The notes below the pieces were generated by a model. It made no database searches. It saw only the letters and a program-made list of their open reading frames with translations, and had not been told where the DNA came from. The position numbers and the translations under genes are program-made. This document shows positions 28,275 through 38,473 of a stretch of DNA of 64,000 bases, piece by piece. The stretch is from Terriglobia bacterium (GTDB lineage: Bacteria; Acidobacteriota; Terriglobia; JAJPHL01; JAPKYU01): assembly GCA_965206645.1 (NCBI GenBank), contig CBDBKE010000004.1, positions 2,048,001-2,112,000 on the forward strand, given 5' to 3'. The first letter of the stretch is position 1; the number at the start of each line of letters is the position of its first letter.

Positions 28275-28994
28275 TTAGTTGCCCTCTTGTTCCTGAGCAC
28301 GTGCCGGAACTACGAGGTCAGCGACGAAAGGATCCATCGCATCGCCATCTAGGCCGAACTCCTTGAAGACATAGTGAGCCAGATGAACTGTGTGAAGCAC
28401 CGGCGTTACTGCAACGTCGTCCGGCGTCAGCGATGAGTCCACAGAGACTGCCCAGTCACCGTCTCCGTAAACCAGATGTCCGCCGATCGTCGTCAAGTTC
28501 GCATGGCCAGAGACGAGCGACTCGTAGCCGTAGGTCACATCATAACCAGTGACTCCTGCTGGACCATCGACCGATTCTCGTTCGCGGAGTAGCTCAAGCA
28601 TGCGGTCGTACAGTTTCTTGTAGTTCAGTTTCGCGAGCCTTCCATCCCAGTCCGGATGATAGTCATCTCGTTCCAGCCGGAGCGCCTTGGATAGGCGGCG
28701 CTTCCAGTAGATGTCGTCACCAGCGATGACTTGCAGAGCTTCGTCTCCAGCCAAGAGAACGTAGAGCGAAACGAGCCAGGCTTCCCAGTGCTGCCGAGCA
28801 AGGATGCTTGCCAGCGCTGGCATTCTGGCCTCGTCGAGCACAAGAATGCCCTTCAGCAACGCGCAGCACCGCATGAGTCCTGCCGCAGCGAATTGTTTCG
28901 CTGGCCGTGGCGGTCTCGCCCTGAATGCGTCTACATGCCCGTAGACGTGGGCAAGGATCCGATCGGCAGCCTCCTTTGCCTTCATGGGTTGCAT
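28275..28994 (-). CDS. Hypothetical helical protein (DUF5677/HEPN-like)
   Basis: ASILARQHWEA, YESLVSGHAN; GGAG RBS. Confidence 0.65.
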   Translation of the reverse strand: MQPMKAKEAADRILAHVYGHVDAFRARPPRPAKQFAAAGLMRCCALLKGILVLDEARMPALASILARQHWEAWLVSLYVLLAGDEALQVIAGDDIYWKRRLSKALRLERDDYHPDWDGRLAKLNYKKLYDRMLELLRERESVDGPAGVTGYDVTYGYESLVSGHANLTTIGGHLVYGDGDWAVSVDSSLTPDDVAVTPVLHTVHLAHYVFKEFGLDGDAMDPFVADLVVPARAQEQEGN

Positions 28995-29000
28995 CTTCTC

Positions 29001-29066
29001 CCGGCTTCAGGATCGTCTCTGAGCGCCATTCGCGGATTCACAGGCACCAGGACACCCGCCGATCCG
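29001..29066. repeat. 66-bp direct repeat C copy 2
   Basis: Lies 6 bp upstream of the start codon of 28275-28994. Confidence 0.92.
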
Positions 29067-29073
29067 CTGACAG

Positions 29074-30302
29074 GGTGGTCTCAACCCATCGACGCAACAC
29101 TTTGCCTTGAAAGGAGGAGGTGGAGTGTATGCGGATGAAGCAAAGAGCTCGTCGCGGTTACACGCTGGCGGAACTGGAGGAGGTGTGGGATCGGTGGAAA
29201 CGAGGGGAGTCGCTCAAGTCGATTGGACGAGTGTTTTGTAAGCAGCCATCGTCTGTTTACCATCAGCTTGCTCCGTACGGAGGCATCCGTCCTCGGCCAC
29301 CACGCCGTTCATGTTGGGCACTGACGTTGTCGGAGCGCGAAGAGATCTCTCGAGGCATTGCGGCACATCAATCGATACGATCCATCGCCGGGTTGCTGGG
29401 TCGCTCACCATCGACGGTGAGCCGGGAGATTCGGCGGAATGGCGGCGATAATGACTATCGAGCAGCGGAGGCCGATGAGCAAGCCGGGGAGAGGGCCCGC
29501 CGGCCGAAGCGGTGTCAGCTGGTCAAGCATCCACAACTACGACGGGTAGTGGCCAGAAAGCTCAGCATAAACTGGTCGCCTGAGCAGATCGCCAGCTGGC
29601 TGAAACGAGCCTATCCGAAGGATCCGTCCTATCACGTGTCTCACGAGACCATCTACCGCAGCCTGTTTGTTCAAGCCCGCGGTGCGCTGAAGGCAGAGCT
29701 GATGCAGCATCTGCGGTCAAAGCGGACGATTCGTCGATCCCGACATGCAAGTCTGAGAGGCCATGGACGAGGACAGATCACCGACATCGTATCGATCCGT
29801 GAGCGCCCGGCCTCGGTCGAAGATCGTGCCGTGCCCGGTCATTGGGAAGGCGATCTGCTGTCCGGATCGAAGAACAGCCACATTGCGACTCTGGTCGAAC
29901 GTCATACGCGCTACGTGATGCTTACGAAAGTATCCAGCAAGAAAACGGAGACGGTCGTGTCGGCGCTCATCAAGCACGCGAAGAAGCTGCCGACGGAACT
30001 GTACAAATCTCTGACTTGGGATCGAGGCCTGGAGCTCGCCGAGCATCGACGGTTCACGTTGGCGACCGACATTGACGTATACTTCTGTGATCCTCAGAGT
30101 CCATGGCAGCGCGGTTCGAATGAGAACACCAACGGTCTACTCCGACAGTACTTCCCCAAGGGAACGGACTTGTCGGTGCACTCTCAGGCGCATCTGAACA
30201 AGGTGGCACGTCAGCTGAACGAACGGCCCCGTCAGACGCTGGAGTTTGAAACTCCGGCAGAACGATTTAACGCTTGTGTTGCATCGACCGGTTGAGCTGG
30301 CA
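29074..30302 (+). mobile_element. IS30-family element copy 2 (transposase 29120-30295), no target duplication
   Basis: Protein identical to copy 1. Confidence 0.95.
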
Positions 30303-30334
30303 CTGGGTTTAGTGGTTCTTGCTAAGATGCTGAG

Positions 30335-31423
30335 ATGCGCAATCTCGTTATCCTTGTTGTCCATGTCATGGCTACTCTTGCCCGGCTCTTGGGTCCGGGT
30401 GGCATTCGCTCTGTGATCGCCGAGTCCGTTCTTGTCAAGCAACAACTCCTGATCCTCAATCGTTCGCGACAGCGATCTCCCAATCTACGCACTTCAGATC
30501 GCCTCGCCGCCGGCCTGTGTGCTCTCCTCATCCGCCCCGCCCGCCTGATCCGCTCAGCAATCGTGCTGAAGCCTTCGACTCTTTTGGGCCTCCACCGGGC
30601 TCTGAGGAACCGAAAATATTGCCTGCTCTTTTCATCCAAGCACCGGCGTAAGCCCGGACCAAACGGACCCAACAAAGAACTCATCGACGCTGTTGTCCAG
30701 ATGAAGCAGCGCAATCCCACCTGGGGCTGCCCGTGAATCGCTCAGCAGATTGCCTTGGCTTTCGACATCCCCATCGACAAAGACGTTGTTCGAAGGATTC
30801 TCGCCAGCCACTATCGGCCGAAAAAGGACTCCGGTGGTCCATCCTGGCTGACCTTCATTGGCCACATGAAGGACAGCCTCTGGAGTATAGATCTGTTCCG
30901 GTGCGAATCGGCCACGTTGCGGACCCGCTGGGTCTTGGTCGTCATGGATCAATACACCCGCCGGATCATTGGGTTCGGCGTCCACGCCGGAACCGTCAAT
31001 GGCGTGGCACTTTGCCGCATGTTCAACTGCGCCATTCGATGGCAACCCTGTATGCCCAACTACCTCAGCTCCGACCATGATCCCCTGTATCGGTTTGGGC
31101 AGTGGCAAGCCAATCTGCGGATCCTGGAGGTAATCGAAATCAAAACCGTCCCCTATGTTCTCCTGTCCCATCCCTTTGTGGAACGGTTGATCGGCACGAT
31201 TCGACGCGAGTATTTGGATCGCAGGTTGTTCTGGACGACGGCGGACCTGGAGAACAAGCTGCTCGATTTCAGGACATATTTCAATGCGTATCGCTCGCAC
31301 ACTGGACTGGAGGGGAGAACGCCTGATCCAGTCACGCCTATACCACGACCAGTCGCCAGGCTCCATTCCTATGGATGGCAACGCCACTGCAGAGGCCTCT
31401 ATCACACCCCAATGACTGCCTGA
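30335..31423 (+). pseudogene. rve integrase-core transposase with internal stop
   Basis: NPTWGCP*IAQQ (TGA 30734-30736); ERLIGTIRREYLD. Confidence 0.82.
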
Positions 31424-31935
31424 TTCTCCAAAGACTGGTGCTCCCTGTGTAACCGGCGGACATCGGCAGGCGGGCACTTCCTACGAAACCATTCGCTGTT
31501 TTAGCTTGTCAACGCGGAGCGGTTGTCTGATCTGATTGTTTCGCTGCTACCGAGGGTACTCCGCCAGTGTGCACTCGCCTCACTGGGGCAGCGGTCACGG
31601 GTAGAATCGCTCAACATATCAATTCGCAATGGACAGGCGGCCCGATTCGCGCCGGAGCCTGAAGTGCTGCATAAAACTGGTGGGCTTCGCCAGTCCCAGG
31701 GTCCGATCGACGATTCAATATCTCGCCCGTCACACAATCAACCATTGCTATCTGCTGAAAACGTGTGTGAAAATCGCATCCGATTAAGTGGATCGCTCAG
31801 TTCCTCCCTTCCAAGCCTGGGGCGTTCCATCACGACCCAGTCTACTCGGTCTCAAGAAGCCAACGCCTTCATCTAATCACTCACTAGGGTTGGTACAAAA
31901 AATCGGTCTGGTCAGTCTCAGTACTGGAGGCTTGA

Positions 31936-32364
31936 ATGGACAGAAACTATTGGCAGATTGCAGCGGGTTCTAAAGGACGTGATAACGCGGAGAACTTTCT
32001 GTCTACTGGAATGGCGTTTGTTGGTGGCAAAACGCAAGAAGACACAATGACGCCGCTGCAATTGGAAGATGTAGTAGTCCTTAAAAAAGGTCTTTCTAAA
32101 ATCGTAGCTGTGGGCGAAGTGATTGAGCAAAACGGTATCTTCCAAGGGAATGGCAATAAGGAGTGGCTAAACCACTTCGACGGATGGCAGCTACCTGCCT
32201 ATTGCTACGTTGCATGGCGCAAGCCTGACAAGCCGATGACAACAACGAGATTGACCATAGCGACAATTCAGCAGTTACCAAGGCCAAAACATCAAACGCT
32301 AGCTGACGAACTTCTCCAGACTCCTATCCATCCTATCGACGGCGAACCGACCCGTCATCGTTGA
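31936..32364 (+). pseudogene. EVE/McrB-N-like domain, probably a truncated restriction protein
   Basis: YWQIAAG...DVVVLKKG..IVAVGEV. Confidence 0.5.
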
Positions 32365-32439
32365 CAACCCACCACGTCTCGGTGTTGCCGCTCTCGCTGC
32401 TGAATATCTGGATCCCCATTCATCCTTCTTGTGGGTCGG

Positions 32440-34380
32440 TCAGGACATCTCCGTCCACTCAACCGGTACAAGCGCTACGTCCCCGCGCCATTCTTCGACG
32501 ACGGAGGCATTGAACCAATCATCGTCAAGATGGGCGTGATCCAGGACGATAAGTTGAAAGCCGTCGCCGATGGCTTGGCTCTCTGAGTGCATGAATTCAA
32601 AAAGATTGTGCACAGCCCGCCGATCCGCGTCCTGGAGCGCGTCAATGCGACCACTCTGATCGGCTTCGGGCGGATAATGTGCCTGAGACGGTTGATCGAA
32701 CACGAGAATTCCGGGGACTGGACGGTTCTGCTCTCTGAACCAACGATGCAGAGCCAAGAGAGTTACCACGTGATACCCGACCCAATTTTCTCCGCTACCG
32801 ATCCGGTTGAGGGGGATCGGGCCCGTAACCGTTTCAGCTACGACTGAGAGCTTCTTGAGATCGAGCCGTATGCGTCCTTCGGCGTGTTCCAGGTCAAGGC
32901 CGGACGCATAGCTCGTCATATGATCGGCGATCAGGTTGAGAAAGGTATAGACTCTTTCCCCCACATCGTCGGCGCTCACGTGCTCAGCGAGCACTTCAAC
33001 CCGTCTCCGGGCTTCCTCGATGAGCGTGTCGAGATCATCCCTTTCGTCCGACAGGTTGGTTTGATCCAGGAATGCGCTGATTCGTCCGACAACGCGTGCC
33101 CGTTCAATGACCTGATCGCGTTGCAGGCGTGCCTTTTCGTCATTCGCATAAGCGTGTTCGAGATCGCGCTGCGTCGAAACAATCGCCTTCTCGATATCGC
33201 TGCGTTTCTTGCCGAACGCATCCAGGCGCTCCTGAAGGTGCGGACGTTCGGCCCCAACCGCCTCCAACTGTTTTTCAAGCACCCGAAGAGAACTGGAAAG
33301 GTCTGACACCGCCGGCGTCGGCGTCTTGAGATGTGCTTCGCAAAGTGGGCAGATGTTGTCTGCATTCGATGTCCCCGTATAGAGGTCGAGCGAAACGAGA
33401 CGCGCACGCTGTTCACTCACTTCCGTGGAATAGCTGGTCTGCTCTCGTATAAAGTGTGTCGTAGCGCGTATTCCGTTCTGAACGTCGTCCAATTGCCGAT
33501 GAAGGGTGCTGATCTCGTTCTCAAGCCGAGCGATCACCTCGCTAGAGCCGGAAACGATGGACGGCGAGTGAAGATCCATCGATATAACGCGTTCCAACTC
33601 CTGGAGCGCCAGCTCAACTTCGGTGGGTTCAAAGTCTTCGTTGACGAGGCCGGCACGGCGCGCGTCGAGAACGAAACGACGAATTCGCGCGTGGGCTCTA
33701 TTGTCGTCGCTCTTCATGGCTTCTCGACGCGCTTCCAGTTGGCGCAGTGACAGTTTTGCGTCATCCAGTTCGTTTTGGCGAAGAAAATGCTCTTCATCAA
33801 CAGCGCCGAGGAAGTAGGGGATCGTGTCCTTGATAGCCTGCGGAATGAATTGTTCGCCCTGGCGATGAAACAGTCGGTCCCGGCTAGCGATCTCATCCTG
33901 CTTCTGGAAGCATAGAAAAAGAGCGTGTCGGATCGTCGCCTGCAACGGCCCTCGGGTCCCTGTGAGCGGCCGATTCTCATTCTCGGCGATCCCAGTGAAT
34001 CGAGTCAGCAACCGGATCAGCGCCTCTTCGGTCGTATTCTTGTGCAAGTTGGTATATTCTGGCGGACCATCGTGCCGGCCGCGACGAACATGGATATCTG
34101 GTCTGGTGCGCTTGCCGAGATCCGGATTGCGCCGCCCTATGAACAGAACATCGTCCTTGTTCTCAATCTCCACACCAAACCAAGACACATGCTGTCGGAT
34201 GACGCCTTCGGCGACATAGCACTCGGAACGGCCGAAGCAATAGTCGAGAATATCTATGATGGAGGATTTGCCGGTCTTCGCTCGGCCAGTGAGAATATTG
34301 AGACCGGATCTTCGAAATGTAACTGTCCGGCACTCACCACGGATACTGTAGACGCTAACGGAGCGAAGTGTGAAGCTCAT
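32440..34380 (-). CDS. lmuB: Lamassu/ABC-3C SMC-like ATPase (DUF3732-type)
   Basis: Walker A GRAKTGKS, coiled coil, IGSGENW signature, VFDQPSQ, LDH. Confidence 0.88.
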   Translation of the reverse strand: MSFTLRSVSVYSIRGECRTVTFRRSGLNILTGRAKTGKSSIIDILDYCFGRSECYVAEGVIRQHVSWFGVEIENKDDVLFIGRRNPDLGKRTRPDIHVRRGRHDGPPEYTNLHKNTTEEALIRLLTRFTGIAENENRPLTGTRGPLQATIRHALFLCFQKQDEIASRDRLFHRQGEQFIPQAIKDTIPYFLGAVDEEHFLRQNELDDAKLSLRQLEARREAMKSDDNRAHARIRRFVLDARRAGLVNEDFEPTEVELALQELERVISMDLHSPSIVSGSSEVIARLENEISTLHRQLDDVQNGIRATTHFIREQTSYSTEVSEQRARLVSLDLYTGTSNADNICPLCEAHLKTPTPAVSDLSSSLRVLEKQLEAVGAERPHLQERLDAFGKKRSDIEKAIVSTQRDLEHAYANDEKARLQRDQVIERARVVGRISAFLDQTNLSDERDDLDTLIEEARRRVEVLAEHVSADDVGERVYTFLNLIADHMTSYASGLDLEHAEGRIRLDLKKLSVVAETVTGPIPLNRIGSGENWVGYHVVTLLALHRWFREQNRPVPGILVFDQPSQAHYPPEADQSGRIDALQDADRRAVHNLFEFMHSESQAIGDGFQLIVLDHAHLDDDWFNASVVEEWRGDVALVPVEWTEMS

Positions 34381-34886
34381 ACGCGTATTCCCCATGCCGC
34401 TAGGATAGTTGGCGTGTCTCCAGCCGCGGCGAACCAGCGGGCAATTGTTCGAATGGCATCGACGGTCTCGCGAATATCCGTCGTAGTGTCGTCAAGCGCC
34501 GATTGTGTGAATGAAGCCCGCGTAGACCCGGTGGTAACCACGCCGCCATCACCAAAGCGAATCGCGTGACGCACCGACGCGTAGCGAAGTGCTTCACGAA
34601 CATAGGGGCTTAGATTACGGGCACGGTCAGCAAACCCCACCCGGACATCGTGGTTCTCTTCGAGCCACGGCAATAGTCCTGTTACGGTGGATCTCGGTAG
34701 GCGGTTGCGGGTCGCAGGATGAAGAGCGATAGGAAGAGCGCAAAACACCAATGCGAATGATGCCGGCGCTTTCCTAGCCTTCTCATAGGCACGGACGAAT
34801 TCATAAATGAGCACACCGCAATAGGCCGGGTTGAAGTGGTTAGCCTCTTCGGGTACCCAGCGGTCGCGCCAAGGATTCAGACTCAT
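34377..34886 (-). CDS. lmuC: Lamassu/ABC-3C middle component
   Basis: EANHFNPAYCG, LPIALHPATRNRLP; ATGA overlaps on both sides. Confidence 0.85.
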   Translation of the reverse strand: MSLNPWRDRWVPEEANHFNPAYCGVLIYEFVRAYEKARKAPASFALVFCALPIALHPATRNRLPRSTVTGLLPWLEENHDVRVGFADRARNLSPYVREALRYASVRHAIRFGDGGVVTTGSTRASFTQSALDDTTTDIRETVDAIRTIARWFAAAGDTPTILAAWGIRV

Positions 34887-36085
34887 GATTCATCTTTCGG
34901 GGAATCAAGCAGGGTTTCATAATCGGGATGCCAACCGATTCTCACTTCATCGGCAAGCATCTGAAACGATCCTGAGGACAACCAGATTTCGTCCCGGTTG
35001 CGCAACGGCTTTTGATACTCGCGCGCCCAACGGAACACCCTTCTGCCTTGTGCTTCTCTTGTGGCATCATCACAACCCCCGGTGACATCAGCCGTACAGG
35101 CAAGGAAGCGGCGTTGCCACGCATCACGAAGGCCCCGGTCGTAGCGATCGGTTTCGCTGTCCAGCAACAAGTTTTCCCGTGCCCATCGAGAACGTTGCTC
35201 ATATGCACGATAGTAGTCGTGCACCGTTGCCCTTACTTCGTCTTCGGACACGTGGACGAAGTTCATTTGACGGATGAACGTTCTGTTATCCCTGGGCAGG
35301 TCTCTAACGGCCGGCATCGCCTCAATCGTCTCATCGAGAGGAAGATTGCCGAGTCGGAAGCTTTCCCGGAGCTCCGAGACTTTATTTTGAATAGAGGCTA
35401 GAGGTATTGCCGCAGAATTCGGGTCCCTCATGGCGATGACAACCCGGTTGAACCACCACCCTTCCAGATGGTCAGTCAAGTTGCCTACTTGGTTGGGCGC
35501 AGCCGAGTAATGAAGCACTGTTTCAATCTCGTCGCGCACATCGATTATGTTCGGTGCCTTGTCGAACACCCAGGTATTGCCAACCAGAACCTGTCTTGCG
35601 GCATCTGTGAGTCCCAGGAACGCATCGCGGGCCGCCGCAGTTGCCTGATTCCGCGAGTCGTTCGCTGCCGAAAGGAGTAACTCCACAGCGCGAGGCTCGT
35701 CACGACCATCACCGGCTTGGCGCAACATCGACAACGCTGAGCCGGCGGCGGCGGCACTGGTGGTCAGGAAAACAAGACGCGTTCTGGGCGCACCTGCGGG
35801 ATCTTCGATAATCCGCTTGATCCAGATGTTGAGCGTCTTCCAAAGATCGACGCTGCCGTCCGATACATCGCCGCGCTTTCCGTGATGTTTGGTCTGCATG
35901 AGTTCAACGGGGTGCCCAGCATCCTCGAAAGCCACATCATCAAACTTCTCGATGGAGAGCGCATAACCGGGATGGCGCCTGCCTTCTTCCAAGCCGCGTA
36001 GCAGGGCGTAGCGCGCCTGAAAGAGGTAGCCGGTCAGAGAAGCGGAGGCGTCATGCGATGCGCTCAAGGGGGGCGACGTCTTCAT
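34883..36085 (-). CDS. lmuA: Lamassu/ABC-3C effector with Cap4-like nuclease N-terminus
   Basis: GYLFQ, EKFDDV, QTKHH; C-terminal GSFQMLADEVRIGWHP. Confidence 0.85.
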   Translation of the reverse strand: MKTSPPLSASHDASASLTGYLFQARYALLRGLEEGRRHPGYALSIEKFDDVAFEDAGHPVELMQTKHHGKRGDVSDGSVDLWKTLNIWIKRIIEDPAGAPRTRLVFLTTSAAAAGSALSMLRQAGDGRDEPRAVELLLSAANDSRNQATAAARDAFLGLTDAARQVLVGNTWVFDKAPNIIDVRDEIETVLHYSAAPNQVGNLTDHLEGWWFNRVVIAMRDPNSAAIPLASIQNKVSELRESFRLGNLPLDETIEAMPAVRDLPRDNRTFIRQMNFVHVSEDEVRATVHDYYRAYEQRSRWARENLLLDSETDRYDRGLRDAWQRRFLACTADVTGGCDDATREAQGRRVFRWAREYQKPLRNRDEIWLSSGSFQMLADEVRIGWHPDYETLLDSPKDES

Positions 36086-36086
36086 C

Positions 36087-36310
36087 CTATTTCCCGCGGG
36101 CCCAGGAATCGCTCCCGTCGTAGTGGATCATGTGGTCGGGGGTGTCGCAGAGCCACACCTCGGTCTCCCAGGCGATGTTCTTCATATGCTTCCGGAACTC
36201 CTCGAAATCCGGAAATGCGCTGACATAGACGACACCCGCAGGACACGCCGCAAGCATGGCCTCCAAATCAACCATCCGCGTGGGTGACACCGATCCGTGA
36301 GACGTCGCCT
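36087..36310 (-). pseudogene. BsuBI/PstI-type restriction endonuclease C-terminal remnant
   Basis: YVSAFPD...IAWETEVWLCDTPDHMIHYDG. Confidence 0.8.
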
Positions 36311-36772
36311 TCTCTGGCGATGAGCTCCGTCGCGCGAAACGGCACCACGGGGCCGGTCGAGATGTTCCCCATCAGGTTTTGAAAGTACCCCGGATTCAGC
36401 CTGACGATGCTTGCCAACGCTTCCGACTGAGAAGAAGTCGAACCTAAGCGCGGGTTGTCTAGATCCAGAAGCAACTCATCAATGAATAGTTCTAGGTGTT
36501 CGATCATGCCTTTCAGTGCTCTTCGTTCCATTTCATCGGCAACACTTGTCTCTCAGCCCACTTGCCGCCGGTCCTCGACGGCCAAATCGCGCTATCGCAG
36601 CACGCCCACATCTATCTGCCTCGCATAGCATAGCCAAGTCGGCACGATCAATGCCGATTTACTGTCAACCGCGGTTGCGCGTACGCCTCGGCAAGCCGCC
36701 TCTGCTGTAGCTCCCGCTTGGCGCCGGCCGCGGCAACGCGCCGGTTATCATGTGCAGGACAACCCATAGGCA

Positions 36773-37700
36773 TCACAGGTCGACGCTTTGCGTCTCCCGT
36801 TCCCGTTGCCACGACTCGCCCGCGACCACCTTCAGGCCGTCCGCGCGGAAACCTCCCTCTTCCAATGCGGGTCCGAGTTCCCGCGCCCGCAATCGGGCTG
36901 CGGCACAATCGGCGGCCAGAAGCAGCTTGAGGACCGCATCGTGAACCTCTATGTTGGTGTCCGTGGCAACGCGGGCGTCCTTCAGCCCGGCCGTGGTAAG
37001 TGCCAGCGCTGGCGCGTAGTAGTAGCGCCAGGCGTCTTCCGGCAGATTCACCTCGATCGGCTCTAGCGGCTCCGCGTCCTCTGGGTTGGGGTCGCGCCAG
37101 TGGAACTCCAGCGCGTCCTGTCGGAAGTAGGAAATCGCCCCGACGTGCAGTGAGCAGTCCGTCGAACCGACGCGCACCAGACGCTGCGCTTGTGTCTTTG
37201 CCTTCCGCCGTTCCTCCGCATTCGGAACGCTCGACCTGCCCTTGCATTCGAACGCGTGCCATGCGCCTTTGTCGTCCTGGCCGATCAGATCCCGGTCGGG
37301 AACGTCCGCCGAGGAGGGCAGAATCCAGCTGATCGCGGAACACATCGAGATGCAGAAGCCACATGGTGTGCAGGAACCTGCTCGCGAACAGCTTGCAGAA
37401 CACCATTCCGAGAAAGTAGCTGACCGCGCCTTTCTCCGTCGGGTCCAACGATCGGAAGGCGTCCGTCCGTTGCAGCGATCCGCTGAACGGACGCTGTTCC
37501 AATGCCATCCGCACGAGCGACAGCCTGAACAGGGCCTCGTGGTAGGAAGCGTCGCCGTGGGCTAGGACGTACGCAGTATTCGGTCTGCCCACCGTCCGGG
37601 CCGCCCACAGGAGATCGCCCACCCGGTTTGCAGATCTCCCCTACCGGCAATGGTTCCGCTCGGGAAGTCCCGGCTCGTGTAGGGAATCCAAAGTGTGTTT
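36773..37700 (-). pseudogene. PD-(D/E)xK nuclease-like gene, frameshifted
   Basis: DPTEKGAVSYFLG...SRP / DLIG..AFECKGRS split across frames near 37295. Confidence 0.65.
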
Positions 37701-38473
37701 CCGTACCTAGCATTCAATTCCTAGATCCTCCAACCAGCTAGCGCGCGTGTCAGCGCCGAGCTGCTTGATCGCTCCGCCTTCCAGGCATCGCCGATGGCGC
37801 CGATGGTGGTGCTCTTGCATTCGATCACGGCGAGCGCTTGCCGTCACGGGAGTCGGCAGTCGGGATCGCCGGAAAATGTTGGAGTGTCCGAAGGCGTCGA
37901 TGCCGTTACGTTGGCATTGATTTCCTCCCCGGACTTGAGTCGATCCAGGTAGTCGGCCCATTCTTGCATCAGCTGCAATCGATCAATTTTACTTCACTGA
38001 TAATAGAATACTTAATATTGATCATCCCGCTTCAATCCCCTCATTGAATCCCTCTTTGTGAACGGGAATCCATTGGATCTTCGAAGACGTTCCCGGACAA
38101 GTCGTCCCGAGTGATCAACCCTGGAGTCCCTGCGTCCGAGGCCTTGAGTGAGGTAGGCAACCTGCGCGTGCCGCGAAATCGGAGATCGCTGGTATCACCT
38201 CCCCGTTTACACGGAACCAGATCACAGGACACAGGTGCCGGACGTAATCTTCAGCCGTAGGGGACTGCTGAGCGGGTAGAAGGCTGTACCGCTAAGACGA
38301 TGGCAGATGCGAGCTTCTCCTACGATTACGATATCAACCAGGATGTCCGGTTGCATGTTTCCCGTCTTATGGCCGCCGATTATAAGGCTCGACCATGGAA
38401 ATGCTCGACGGTGCAATCAGGAATTCTGGGACCTGGTGCACGTTTTGGAACCCTTGGCCATCGGCACTTTCTC

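Noticed and set aside
4565-30302. The two inverted IS30 copies as a composite transposon
   Set aside because: Copy 1 has its own AT target duplication inside one gene, so it inserted independently.
30734-30736. In-frame TGA in the rve transposase as possible selenocysteine
   Set aside because: Context WGCP*IAQQ corresponds to Arg (CGA to TGA) in such transposases; no redox motif.
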